A stretch of DNA of 64,000 bases from Saccostrea cucullata (taxonomy: Eukaryota): contig NW_026932975.1 of the NCBI RefSeq assembly GCF_032062105.1, forward strand, positions 434,001 to 498,000, given 5' to 3'. Below the pieces are notes generated by a model that saw only the letters and a list, made by a program, of their open reading frames with translations, was not told the DNA's origin and made no database searches. Every line of letters starts with the position of its first letter. The stretch's first letter is position 1. Both the position numbers and the translations under genes were made by a program. Shown here one piece after another: positions 49,901-63,572 of this stretch.

Positions 49901-52900
49901 TATTCCAATTAACTGCACAATTCTCCGATATAAATGTTAAAGGAATTTAAATATCTCTAGTCAATATGATCAATTTACGTCAGGTGTCTCAATTTTAAAA
50001 GAAGAAAACCTTACCTACTGCAGAATTAACTTGTCTTGAATAGCAATTTTAAACCTCCTTCACAGCTAGAATTTGAAACAGTTCTCCCCCCAAATCCAGT
50101 GATAAAATATTAATTTAGCTCTGTTTGTGCTGCACACATACTCTAGTAACATTTTCCAAGTGATCCCAAATTAGGAGCGATTTAAATACTGAATACCCTT
50201 TTTCTTCCATTTCTCCTTTCTGACCATGTGGCAAAAATAACAGCGAGGAGTAAATTAGACCAGAGACGTGCCAGAACATACATGAAGAGGGTCTACCGGC
50301 TTCTCTAATTTAAATTGACCTGGGTGAAAATAAATTTATAAATCAGATACAATGACTGAGTTCTATGTGCGAGTCCACACCTGGGTATTAAAGGGAAAAG
50401 TAAACACTTGACGATCATTGTACTGCAGAGGAGCTTTATTCCAAGCAATCCCCGAGTTCCTGTACAAGTCCCCCATTTGAATCATCAGTCGTGAAAAACA
50501 TAATAGGATTTTATTCAGCTGCTAAATCGTCAAAAGAGATGTGTAAGAGATGATAAATTTAGATTAATATTAACGTCACCATAAGTCCCCTGAACTAGGC
50601 ATGAGAAAAGAAAAATTTCAAGGTGTTCAAAGTGCAAAAAGTAACATTATGTGAACTATCCAAGCAATCCTGAAAATCCAATATCTTATTGATTTTTTTA
50701 ACTGAAAAGTGAAAACACAACAGAAGTCCTTTTGTGTGTATCTTCTATATCAGGATATGTTGAAAAGCTTTACACTTATTCAAAAGTTCAAGTTGATATT
50801 CAGACTGAAATCTGATGAATTTAAAAACTCTGGATAAGTTTCAGTTCAATGTTTGATAATGCAAAAATGTTTCCGTTTCAGTGGAATATTATTCAAGGAC
50901 ATCAATTTCAAATCTTTTCCACTATTCAAATTCATATTTTCTGGGCTAAGTAGTTACATGTAATACAAAACGATATTCTTAATTGAGACAAGTACAGTCC
51001 AATCTCTTTATCCTTGAAATTGATGGGACCCATAAATCGTTTTGACATTTGTATCCTAGATTTTAGAAACTACATGAAATTCAGCATTATCATATTAATA
51101 TAGAAAACAAAACATATTATTTTCCACATAACATCCTGTATCATTCCAAGATATTTATATCAGCCAGAGGATCAAAGGCCAGAAGGTTGATATTGGTAGT
51201 GGTCAAAGACTGATATGTGATGTGGAGAAAGCATATTTATTACATATACTTACTGTAAATGTGTTATATTTAGCATATACGATATTTGGAGGGAATTGAT
51301 TTTTGAACAAGACTGTAAGCGTAGATTTGATTAAAAGCATTTCTAATTTAATAATGTTCTTATTTATGTATAGTTGTACTTGAGTTAGCGGAAGATTCCA
51401 AAAGTGTGAAAAAGAATACACAGCCAAATGCAATATGTTAACACTAGTATAAAATATACATAAAACATCTGCTTTAATAGATACTAACCATTGCTAATTT
51501 TATCTAAGAAGATCGAGTAATGAAAAAATAATTGGAGAATGTTAATGAAAGAAAACAGTTGTGTTTTCCCAATTACATGAACTGCTTTTTAAAGGTTAAT
51601 GTCATGTATGCAACTGCAAGCATTGCAAGGGGCATGATATAAATAAAATATGTATCAGGTAGCCTTCCAGGATCCATACTGTGCAGTCCTGGAAGCTGAT
51701 ATGACTATTGAATGAATATGTTCTTAAATAATGAAGTTGTGGTTTATTAATTAAAATAACTCTATTTCACTGACACCTTTTTTTTTTATTTCTGGATTAA
51801 TTAAAAATGAAATACTAAAATTTATATTTCCAACATTCTGTAGTTTTCATTACTGACATTTAAAAGTTTTCATTATGTAACAATAATCATAAAGATCCTT
51901 TCCAACAGTGAAAATAAAAATTCCACAGATTTTCCATCATTGATTTCCAACATAAATTAAAATCTGGTGCAGTCACCAACATATAAATCGGTGGACATTG
52001 GATTTTGGGAACAAAAAATGCATATAGCTCAAGCAAAACTTTTAATAAGACTTAGTGCTACATTTATCATGATTTATATACAATTTATTATATAATACTT
52101 TTATTCAGAAAATGAGTGGTTTGAAATAAGTGTAATATTTATATCCTGTTTTATTTTGTGCATATTTGATTGTTTGAGAGGGAACCCTAAAATATTCTGA
52201 AAATGTAATAAAATAAATGTAGGAAATAAAAATTAAAAATGTTGAGAATTAATTTCAAAATATTAAAAAACTGCAAAATCTAGGAAATGAGATGCAGTGA
52301 TCCAAGACCTTTAACCATATTGTATAGGTCTCTATTACTTAGCATCCCTGATTCTGTTTAAGCTTCAGTTTTTTAATAATCATGTACAGTAAAACTCGGT
52401 TGGTTACAATGAAGTCACTACATAGACCTATTAATTACTTCACTATATCCGTAATTTTTCATATAAGGAATTCGTTAAATTTATATAGCTGGTTATCCAC
52501 GATAACTTTGCAATAATTGGGGATTCGCAATATCCATGTTCGCACTAAACGAGTTTTACTGTATAAAATAGCTATGCCTCTGATAAAATGGACTGGGGGA
52601 CTTTTTAGTGTGCAATCACTATATCAACAGTGTTTAACAATACATGAATGAAAACTCTAATTAAATAAAAATTTTCTTTTCTAAATCTACATCTGATGTT
52701 TCACATATGAAATTTCACTAAAAAAAACCCCCTACAGCCCACGACCCAGATTTGTGTATGATAAGTAGAGTAGCAGGTGCCCGTAAGTCTGGGTCGGGCT
52801 CACGCACACCCCACAATGGGGGGATTCACGGGAGGATTAGCTTCACGATCAAGGCAATTGAACATATAAAATATTCAAAAATATAAAAGATTTGTCTTAT

Positions 52901-53163
52901 ATGACATGTTGATTATCAATAATAAACAAAGAACAGAAAAAGAAAGGGATACATATACAATCTCAACACTAGACATTCAGTCGCCAACTGTTTTTATCGA
53001 TTCTAAATTTAAAACTTGGTTTAGATTGTAAAACATGTGTCAAAAAGTTAAAATCTAACTTCATAAGTATCGTTACTGTCAAGCAGTAGAATATTTTGCA
53101 CTACAAACACTTACCCGAACCTGGTGTTGTTATTGTGAAAACTAGCAGAAAAACTCGCAGCAT
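43966..53163 (-). CDS. ACVR1: Activin/BMP type I receptor, ALK1/ALK2 (saxophone) class, about 532 aa
   Basis: Exons 53163-53115 (signal [16 protein letters not shown]), 47149-47010 and 46630-46438 (Cys-rich ectodomain, CCAYNLCN box), 46252-46035 (TM), 45683-45584 (GS box [13 protein letters not shown]), 45309-44689 (kinase: [26 protein letters not shown]; ALK1/2-type L45 loop [14 protein letters not shown]), 44493-44363, 44112-43966. All phases are consistent. Confidence 0.93.
48942..49244. mobile_element. hAT-like MITE in ACVR1 intron 1
   Basis: TIRs CAGGGGATGACAAAT / ATTTGTCAGCCCCTG, flanking direct repeat GTTAAAG, internal TTGCCC/GGGCAA repeats. Confidence 0.75.
52387..52561. mobile_element. 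Tc1/mariner-type MITE
   Basis: TA|CAGTAAAACTCG ... CGAGTTTTACTG|TA. Confidence 0.8.
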
Positions 53164-53819
53164 TTCTCCGCCATGACAGTTCTTTTGTGACCTTCAGGTT
53201 AAAGTTAAAAGGTCAAATTTATTTCCCGCGATATTTCAAACCATATAGGCCTACACTACTTTAGGTCTATGATGTACAGCGTCTATTATATTTATATAAA
53301 ATATTTTCTTGTATATTTTTTTTTATCCTATTAATAAAATACACGTTTTTTTAATTATGACAAATTGAATTATGGCTAAATACAGTAAAAATTTCATGAA
53401 GAAGAGGGGTCCTGAAAACAAAACTTTTCAGTTTTGACAACGGAAATTAAATGGGTTTGCCTTTTATTTGATAACTTAAACTTAAATTCATAAATTTAAT
53501 TAATTTTTTTAATTAACACTTTATTAGATATCTTCTTAAGTCAAGGGTTTCTGATCTGCTAGGTATACTCTCATCCTCTGACCTCACATCTTTGCTAGTA
53601 GGGTTTCTGACAAATCCTCAAGGTTAGCAAAGATGTCTTGATTTTCAAAGAATATTTTAAACAGTTTTCACACTTGATGTATTTGAATCTTTAACTTAGA
53701 CTGTAATTTTTCAAGATTGAAAATTAGGAGTATGATTTAATTCTTTATTAGATGCAGGGTACTTGTTCAGGAGAATACACTGTTTTTTGATTTGAACACA
53801 TGAACAACTGTCTATCAAA

Positions 53820-54205
53820 CAGGAAAGGAGAAAATGTAAGTCTAGGCCCAGAATTTGAACCAGGTACCCCTAGAGGCATATTTAGTCAGGTACTCTACAA
53901 ACTGAGCTTTCTAGGTCAAAATCTATGGTCAGCAAAGCATTTTCTCCTTGTCTGTTACATATTTTGGTGCCTGTCATTTACTTCAGAATGATTGAAATCA
54001 AACCTTCCACTGCTCCTTTATGCTGATGGCAGTGTAGAAGCTACATTGTCTTGGAGGTCAAGACAATTTGGTATGCAAAAGTATAATGGTTTTGTCTGTG
54101 GATATCAGTCTGGGTAGCTCATTTGGAAGAACACCTGAATAATGTATACTGATGCCAGAGATCACAGGTTCACAGTCTAGCCTAGCTTACATTTTTCTCC
54201 TTTCT
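53820..54205. mobile_element. Inverted pair of tRNA-like units (foldback or twin-SINE-like element)
   Basis: Termini AGGAAAGGAGAAAATGTAAG / CTTACATTTTTCTCCTTTCT. Each arm has an A-box-like AGCTCA.TT.G and a B-box-like GGTTCA. Confidence 0.55.
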
Positions 54206-56606
54206 AATTAAAATTAATAGTTTCCATCTACTTTTTAAACACAGTGCGAAGTATTCAAATTCTATAACATTTAGCAGAACATAAAGATTTTGACTTCAGA
54301 GATTCCAGCAGGCCTTACCTAAACTTCTCTTAATAATTTTTTTTTAATAAAGCAACAAATTCAGTCCTAAATGTGTTCAATGAATATTTATTGTTCATAT
54401 GCAGTAAACAACAAAGAAATGATTCAAAAACATTAAATCAGAATTGTATAAAAGTTGTGATTCATATGTGTAACAATGTATTACATAGTTACATGTTCTG
54501 TGTTAGTTCAATATAGAATTAATCTGAATGATCTTTATAAGTACCAATCCATTGTGGGTTTTTCATGATTCTTGATTCATTCACAGAATGTAGAACATTG
54601 TTCTTGGCATACATATCTGATTCTAATACATGTAGTATAATATTGCAGGTACATTTTTTATAATCATCAATTCAAACTTGGAGGTAAATAACTAGTGAGC
54701 AAAAATTTTCGAAAAATATTTCATATACCCCCTGGTAATAAATCATGTGATGAACAAGAAGTCTAAAAATATCAAGATTATAAGCACCTTTTACAGTCAT
54801 AAAATTATATAATCACAAATACAAAGACAGACTTAACAAACTGTAATTAAATATTTTTTTATCTACTTTAAAAAAAATTTAAAATGTATGCAATGAGAAT
54901 TAAAATGAAATTATTATCTACAGTAAAAAGCTATGATAGTTTTCTTAATTGTAGTACTGACTATTGACTTATGCCAAGAAAAGAAGGCTTACGGGCCTAC
55001 ATCACCTGATTTTTTAAAGGGAACTTCATCTAGCTATATGCCATATTTATCTAAAGTGTCTCATTAAACAGTTCTAAAACAACCAAAAAAAGGTTTACTC
55101 CAGCTTGCTAGAGATTCATGCCGAGATACGTACTGTTGCGAGAGACATTAACTGAGGCTTTTAATGGAGGAGTAATTTATGGTTCAAATTTTAAAATTGC
55201 CTTATTTTAATTCGTCCAGTTTAAAATTTGCCCTCTTGTAAAGTATGGTTGAACTCGAGGGATATTGCTTATTCTAATATGAGGAAAAATCTTGTTCACA
55301 TTTCTAAGCACAAGTTTGTCAAATCTGTATAAGTAAAGAAGAAACTTTTGAAAAATTACATGCCACTTCAAACTCAGCTCTACCAACATCTGAATTTTCC
55401 AAGGGAAAAAATCAACTTCAGTCAGGTACAAATATGAAATACACTGTACAATATTAATGCTTTTTTTTTTCAAATATATACTTGTACTTTACATTTCTTG
55501 TAATAATCTCTGATATTGAAATACATATACACTTTACTATACTAGTACATGTATTGACATATTTGGTGTATTCCAAAAATAATAATTAAAAAATATGACA
55601 CAAAATGGTAATTTTTAATACACTTAACATGGGGGTAAGACAGGCACATCACACAAGGTATTATCTTATTGTGGTTTAATGGAAATATACTGTTTTAATA
55701 TCGCAAAAGACAAAAAAAAAAAAATGTTGGCGATGTCAAAATTATCACAACAATGGTACATGTATAGATTTCATTTGCCATTTTTTTGATAAGTTCTCTG
55801 AATGTAAACATTTCAAGCCATTGTTTGAATAAATCCCAGCTGACTTTTTTTTTTTTTCTACATTTAGCTAGAACCCACTATAATCAAATTTATATATACT
55901 AAATAAATGAAATAAATACTATCTGAACAAGCACCATTTCTGAAATCAACAATATCACAAAGATTTATAATCACAAGAAAAACACAGTTTCATTAGTCCT
56001 TCAAATTAAGTTGTGAATACAAAGTTATACTGTTCATTTGGAAGGATATATTAAAAATATCTCCTACAATAGTCTGTGTAAAAACTAAAAAGTTGATCAA
56101 CATGACTGTGTGACTCTGTAAGAAAACCAAAGATCCCTTTGTAATTGAATGTACGTTTAAACAACTTCTTTTAACTTCTGGCCCCTTTAGTTCTAAACGG
56201 TAAGGCTTAATTGAACAACTTCATCCTGTTTTTACTACTTATTCTCCATTTACATATTAAACAGATTTAAATTCTTTTCCCCCAAAGCTTAAGATAATAT
56301 TAAGTTAATACTTTGGTCAATAAAAAAACAAAACAAAAAAAAAACAAAAAATAATTGCCTGTATATGCAAGCTATTAAAAAAATCCTGATTACAGATGAA
56401 ACTCACTGTATTGGTATTCATTTTGACAATGCACTTCTTTTCAGAAAATAAATTTGCTGTATGAATGAGTAAATATCAAAACATTATATATGACTATTTT
56501 CTTCCAGTGCAAAGAGTGTTAACCTTTCTTCCCCAAATGTCAAAAAAAAGCCTTATTTAGATCCCCTGCCTTTTCCCATTTTGTCATGGTTCTATCCCGT
56601 CTTGTG

Positions 56607-59600
56607 TTATGTGGAGAGTTGCAGAATTTGTCGTATTTTGTCGACACAGACATCGGAGGCCAGTCTTGCCTCTTTGCTTGCTGTGGAGAAGTTGAGGAAG
56701 CCATGAGGAAGATCATCCACCGGATGCAGCTCCACCTGGTTACCAAGGCTACGCAGTCGTCGAGCAAACATCACCGCATCATCCAACAGGGGATCTAGGT
56801 GGCAGGCCTTTAGAAAACACGAAGGTATCATTAAAAAGAAGATAAAGGCTGTCATTCATGAATTTGTTTTTTTAAGAAACATATATCGTCTATGTAAAAT
56901 AATTTGAAATGATTAGAACATCAGTTTATATAAATAAATATACATATTTTAAAGTTCTTTAAATACAATCTATTTTAAGATGTCCTAGGGCCTTCACAGT
57001 CACTGAATATAAATAATTATAGGCAGTAAGTGGTACAAAACACATCTTGAGTTCTATCCATGTTTATTTACAAACACATTTACAGGCCTACTTACCACCA
57101 TTTTTATGGGAGGTAGACACTTCAGCATTTCATCAGGGGCCAGGAACGGTGACATGTAGGGATTCTTTACTATTGGATGTTTCCGGAACATCTGTAGAGG
57201 ACTGAACCTCTTGTGAACTTCCTTGGTGTACTGGGGGGTGAACTTTCCAGTGAAACCGTATCGTAGAGATTCGCTGATCTCGGGACAGGAGGGACTGTGG
57301 GTAAGAGAGTGGCTATGGTGGTTTATCATTGACAGGTCCAATTCCAGCTTTTCTTTACTGTCCTGTGAAACTGACTTCTGCATTCCTGCCATATCTGACC
57401 TTGTCAATGACCCTGCCATTAAGTCCATTACACAGGAAGTATGACCTGGTCGGTTTTGTTGTAAATGTCCGTCAGATTTGGAAGCAGGAAGGGTGAAATC
57501 ATTCACCGCTGTATCATCATTGGTTGGTTCTGAGATGTCTTCAGGTTTTACAATATCATAATCCTCCTCTTCAGAACTTTCTAGAATAATTTCATCGGAG
57601 TTCTCTGTGGTTAAGTGTTCCACCTCTTCTATACTAGACTCCGAAGCCCGATTGACCGTCTTTAAAATCGTAATGTCCTCATCTGAATCTGCACAGATTC
57701 CCTCCAGAACAGAGGACTGCTGACTAGAAATATCTGGCTCATCATGGAGTGATTCAATGGAGTGACATCTGTTTGATTTGTCCATTTTTTGTCCAGAAAT
57801 GTTGTGGTCATCTAAATTCTCCAAAGATTCAATGGAATGACAGCTACTTGTCATTGAGGAGAAGTTGTCTCCCTTGTTTCCAGTTTTGTCCTTGTAGTTA
57901 AAGATGTCTTCATCATGGAGTGCCTCTTCTGCCTCAATGATCTCAAAAGGTTCATCTACTGCATTCTCTATCTTGTCTGCTATCCCAGCATATGCTTAAA
58001 ATAGATTAAAAAAATTTACTTGTTACATCATGGACATGCTTTGCATAAATACATGGCTTATCACATGTAATGGCAACTCAAACATTGCATTAATTTTTTA
58101 AAATGCTATCTGCAGTCTTTATGACTTTCTGTGATGACCCCTGTTCATCCTTACATTTAACATGCTAGCTGCAATAATGTAGCCCTCCCCCCTTTTTTTA
58201 AAAAAGAAAAAATCAGATTAAAAAAAATAAAATAGGAGAGGGATACATTATTGCAGCTATTAACACACATAAATTAAACTGTAAAACATCCTTATAACTT
58301 TGAAATTAAGAAATCTGTAGAAAACTTACCTGCCAGACACCTCATCATGATTCCTACTGGTAGGAGGGGGTCCATCAGGGCTAGGATGCGGGCAGGAGAG
58401 GGTGTGTACCTCACCAGGACCACAGGGTAGGCAGTCATAATCCCGTCCGGGATCTGGATCCCACAGGATGCTGCCCTCAGAGCAGTGGAGATCATCAGGT
58501 TCCCTCCCGCACTGTCCCCAGCCAAACACAAGGTCTCTCCCGTCCAGCCTACAATTCAATCATCATGTTTTATTAAGGCTTTGTAAATTAATCAGGCCCA
58601 ATACACATATTACATACCATAAACCAACATTCTAAGTTTACCAGTATCTTTTACCTTAAAAAAACCATAGGTAATCAAAGATTACGAAGCTCACCTCGAC
58701 GAATGTAATCAGTCTAAGTAATGCAAATCTCAAATCATATTTTCTTAAAAGTAAGTATTTATTCTGACAACAATATTCAAGCAAGTGCTGTTTAAATAGG
58801 TCTTAAAGTTCATTGGGATTGATCTGTTCCAAAAACTTTAACCTGGTCACTCATCTGGAAAATGTAGGTAAGATCCAGCATCCAAAGCAAGTTTTGATTG
58901 TTCATCCTTAGATGCATCATCCATGCAAGTTTGCTCTAGGTAGGACTTATGATTACTTGGGAATAACCTAGTCACTAATCTGGAAAATGCAGGTCAGATC
59001 CAGTATCCAAAGCAAGACTGGTAGTGTCCATCCCTAGATGCATCATCCATGCAAGTTTGGTCTGGGTAGGGTTAATACTGTAGAAGCACCAATTTTCGTG
59101 GAGATAAAATTTCGTTGATTTGTCATCAAAAATAGTTTCGTTGGCATTTAATTTCGTTGTTTTGAGAGTAAGCCTTTTCAATATATAGTCATATAAAATT
59201 TTGTGTGGGATTTAATTTCGTTGATAATTGTTTCCAACAAAATAAATGAAATTAAATCCCCAACGAATATTTGTGCTTTTACAGTAGTTACTTTGGAATG
59301 GACCTGCTCCAACCTGGTCACTCATCTGGAAAATGTAGGTCAGATCCAGCATCCGAAGCAAGTCAGGTAGTGTCCATCCCTAGATGCATCATCCATGCAA
59401 GTTTGGTCTGGGTAGGGCTAATAGTTACTTTGGAATGGACCTGCTCCAAAAACTTTAACCTGGTCACTCAACTGGAAAATGTAGGTCAGATCCAGCATCC
59501 GAAGCAAGTCAGGTAGTGTCCATCCCTAGATGCATCATCCATGCAAGTTTGGTCCGGGTAGGGCTTATCGTTACTTGGGAATGAACCTGCTCCTAAACTT

Positions 59601-62338
59601 GAACCGGGACGCCGACGCTAACGCCGAAGCCAACACCGGGGGTATAGCACAAGCTCATCTCGACTTCGTCGAGGTGAGCTAAAAATGTATCAAATTTGTT
59701 CTTTATGAATAAAGCTACAATTCTCTCTGATGAACCATCAAAAGTTAGGGCATGTAAACATTCTTTTATGTAAGGCCTAACTGTTTGTTGAAAGACTTTT
59801 GTCTTGATATTTTTTTATTGTTCAAATGAAATAATGTATAGCAATTATACTTTCGTTTTAGTCATTCTTATAGCTCTAACATAAATCTTATCAATGTACA
59901 CTTTAATGTAATTACCAAATAAGAAAATTCATGTTTCGTGACCTACTTTAATCTTTTGCTTTGAGACCATTTTCTATAAAACATTAAGACATTTACCAAG
60001 TTTTGTACGATTTTTGATGGCCCAGGCATAGGCAAAGAAGCACTCTTCTAGAGCTCTAGGAAATGGTTGTTCTGGAGCCAGGGAGTAGTCTATAGACAGT
60101 ATGGGAACATTGAGATCCTTAGCCCACTGTCTGAGATAGATCCCGTGGGATTTGGAGGACTGGGCTACAAACCCTCCCCCATGACAGTGGATCAAGAGAC
60201 TGCTGGACATTGGGAGGCGATGGCGGGGGTTCTGATTACCATGACGCAACTCCTGTCAACAGAATAAAAGATGGGTCATACCGGTATATCAAATTATATA
60301 TCGTAAGTAAACAGGACTTTAAACTTCAATTTTATTTATAGATTTGATAATAACATCTCTTATACTGTATATGTACTTAAAAAAGCGGGATTCATATTTT
60401 TGCTCAGAAATCGTACATATATACAATATACAGTGTGGAAGTGTGTAGCGCCAATTCCTGAATAAGTCAACAACTCAATACACGTTGATTGCCCTAAATT
60501 TTGAATATGCTAATTTATGTACACGTAGAGTATTACACATGAAATGAATTATACATGTAATATAATTGAAGATCAAAGCATATGATGGTAATATTTACAG
60601 ACAAATCAGAGAAACTATCAGTACCTGCCCCTCCCTGGGTTCATATGACATCAGTCTGACTTTCACTGGTCCTGGCCCAGTGTGGGCACAGGGAGCTGTT
60701 ATTGTGACCATGTCTGTTGGATTGTCAGAGTTCACAGCTGGTAACTCAAAAGACTCTGGCATCAGGTACATCACCTCATTCACCTTAATGGCTGGACAAA
60801 CTAAAGAAGGCAGGGCCTAAACAAAATAAAGTCAATGTTGGCAGAAATATGTTTTGGACAGAAATATAAGAACAGTAAAATTAGGTAGAGTTTATGAATA
60901 CATTACCTGCATAATGTCAGACTCTGTTATGGACCAGAAATTCTTGCAGAATTCTACACTGGCTGTTCTTGTTACACTCACAATCTGTCAGGAAAAAAGG
61001 AGAAAAACTTTTCAACATTGTCTGATTGAGACAATTTCATAAATTCAGTAAAAAATAAGTCTAAATTATTCATGTATTTTTACACTGGTTTCTTTGGTCT
61101 TTATTGTGCTACAAATGATTGCATCTTCATATTCCTATTTTACAATAGGCATTTTACTACTTTATCAGTGTTTAAAAATGTTTCCAATAAATCAAGAGAT
61201 TAGTTGAGCCCAAAGCCGTAGTCATAAACTGTACTCACCTGCTCTGCTCTGAGTTCAGGGTTCATGAAATACTTCCCGCTGTGAATCACAGAAGTGGTCA
61301 GCTGTTTGAAGTTAGTTTTCTCCAGGTATCCCTCACTGAAGGATGCCATAGCAACAGCTACTGTTGTCAGGGGTTTGTGCATGCTTTCACAGAACTAAAA
61401 TGTACAAGACCGATATGTGGCATTTGTTCCTACATGTATCAACTTTTCATGTGACAGTTCAACAAATAAATTCTAGCATTTTTATGACAGCTTGTTACTT
61501 ATATCTTACTCATGCAGATGATTTAAATAAACATGGTCTAATATAAAAGATACTAAGCAGATTAAATCAATATTAAAGTACAAATTATTGATGACAAACC
61601 TGGAAACCTAAACATCGTCCATAGAAACAATTTTGACCCAAACTCTCTACTTCCTCCATCAAGCGCTCTACCACAGGGTCGTTTAAATTGTCTTCATCAG
61701 CAAACAGTGACCCTTCCTGACTGTAAACTACAAGTTTTTGGGCATAGTAAAGAGTGGCTCTTAACTGGCCGAGACATATTACATAGGCCTCTAGTTCCTT
61801 GCTGTAAAAGTTCCCTCGGAAAAATAAGGAACTGCGATTGGCATTGACATAGCGAGACAGTCTTAAAAGGTTTATGCAGCATTTTTGGACAACTTTCAGA
61901 AGGCTGCGATATCCATTAGCCTGTGTGTCTGGTGACAAATCGTACTTTGGAAGAAGTGGCACTATCTGTTCAATGGATGGCTGTATACCTCTGAAAAAAA
62001 TTGTAGAAATATTTTTTTTTTAATCAAATATATTTTATATATTTTTCAATTAATTCTTTCATTTAAGGCAACAAAAAAGAGTGAATCATTTTTAAAAAGT
62101 ACTGACATTACTATCAATGGGTTGTTCACTGTGAATTCTCTCATAAATTGTACAGAATTACCTTCCTAACCAACATCTCATCACAGTTTACCACTCACCT
62201 GTCAAGATGCTCAAATAACATGCAGAAAGACTGATGGAATTTAGCATGTGTGCTGCTTGTTCCATGCTGAAAAAATTCAATGTTACTGAGTGATAATGCC
62301 CTTAGATCTCTGAATAAAGAGTTAAATAGTCTCGCCAT
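56607..62338 (-). CDS. LIPE: Hormone-sensitive lipase, about 843 aa
   Basis: Exons 62338-62199, 61990-61600, 61394-61239, 60984-60907, 60816-60625, 60252-59997, 58548-58330, 57994-57096, 56807-56607. HSL N-terminal motifs ([17 protein letters not shown]), [37 protein letters not shown]. Confidence 0.94.
58685..59685 (+). repeat. Helentron-like element with an internal tandem array (about 125-146 bp units) in a LIPE intron
   Basis: About 4 copies of CCTGGTCACTCATCTGGAAAATGTAGGTCAGATCCAGCATCC...; (GACGCC)-like microsatellite; terminal hairpin AGCTCATCTCGAC-TTC-GTCGAGGTGAGCT, whose arm is inverted at about 58688. Confidence 0.75.
59078..59284. mobile_element. MITE inserted into the tandem array
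   Basis: TA|CTGTAGAAGCAC...GTGCTTTTACAG|TA. The neighbouring uninterrupted unit reads ...AATAGTTACTTTGG, confirming a TA duplication. Confidence 0.85.
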
Positions 62339-63241
62339 TTCGAATGTCAAGTGACATGTCGCAATATCATCCAGCTGTAAATAAAAACACAACCAAAGTT
62401 CAAACCGGAAGTACTTCAGCAGAGAATTTTTCCAAAAAATCTTTATCTGCTAGATTAATTATTTACAATTTAATTTAATGACGATGATTGATTTTTTATT
62501 AAATAAAAAATATCAATTTCATTTAATATATTTTCTCATTAATATTTCAACCAATGAGATTCCAGAGTTCTAGAAAAGCAGAATGAAAAACAAAAAGATG
62601 AAAACGGTAAAAACATTTGACAGCTGATATTTTAGATATGTTTTGTTGTAATGACAGACTCTTTTTGCTACTTTAACTCGTTGTATCACTTTCCTTTATT
62701 GTCGCTGTATAGCATGGCTAATGTTTTGTAGATAAATAAGAGTTGATGCTTTTCTAAAATTGCGATTGTTTTTGTCTAGTCAGGTTTCATTGTTTACGCC
62801 ATAAGATTTGCTAATACGTCATAATAAGAGCACTGTTTGGTGAATTTTCATGTCAGTATATATTGAGAAAAATATAATGAAAGATTTTTTTCATGGGATT
62901 TTTCATCCTTAATATTCACTAAATTAGATTAGCATGTCTAGAAGTGTAATTACACAGTGTAATTTGATGTTTGTGGTTTTGAACAAGTGATCATGATCAT
63001 CACAAAATTCTTTGATCCCTCTCAACTTCTCTACACTTTAATAAAATATCACTCTATAGTAAATCATTTAGGCCTATTTAAAATTCTATACATCAGATGC
63101 CAAATTTAAAAGTCCTAAATTTAAGTAATATACGTAAAAAAAAAATACAGAACATATTCTATATTTACCAAATATTGGCTATAATTTGTTAAAAGGACAA
63201 ATCCCTTTCCCCAGTCGACAATAGAACACACGTTTTGATGT

Positions 63242-63572
63242 GGCGTCAGTAGTCTAGTGGTTAAGATGCCGGACACCAAACCGAAAGGTTGTGAGTTCGA
63301 ATCCTGGCCACGGCAAATCAACGTTGTGTCCTTGGGAAAGGCACTTTTCACGAATTTCCTCACTCCACCCAATTGTAAAAGGGGTACCTGGCTATAGACA
63401 GTGAAAGATATTGTCAGAATGTTAGTGTTCTAGCGCCTTAACGGCAGCTTGCACTGAGAAAGATTCTGAATTGTTATGGTCTGCTGGGGTAATAATGTAT
63501 TGTGAAGTGCTTTGAGTAGCATTTATGCTAGAAAAGCGCTATATAAAAACAATCATTATTATTATCATTATT
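63242..63572 (+). mobile_element. tRNA-derived SINE (second family)
   Basis: A box (TAGTCTAGTGG), B box (GAGTTCGAATCC), central GTGTCCTTGGGAAAGGCACTT, 3' end GCTTTGAG...AAAAGCGCTATATAAA and an (ATT)n tail. Confidence 0.85.

Noticed and set aside
50015-50230. Alternative coding first exon of ACVR1 (donor TAG|gtaagg near 50014)
   Set aside because: In-frame stop shortly upstream in the required phase and no signal peptide; could only be non-coding.
63242-63315. tRNA gene
   Set aside because: A and B boxes are present but continue into a SINE body and (ATT)n tail.
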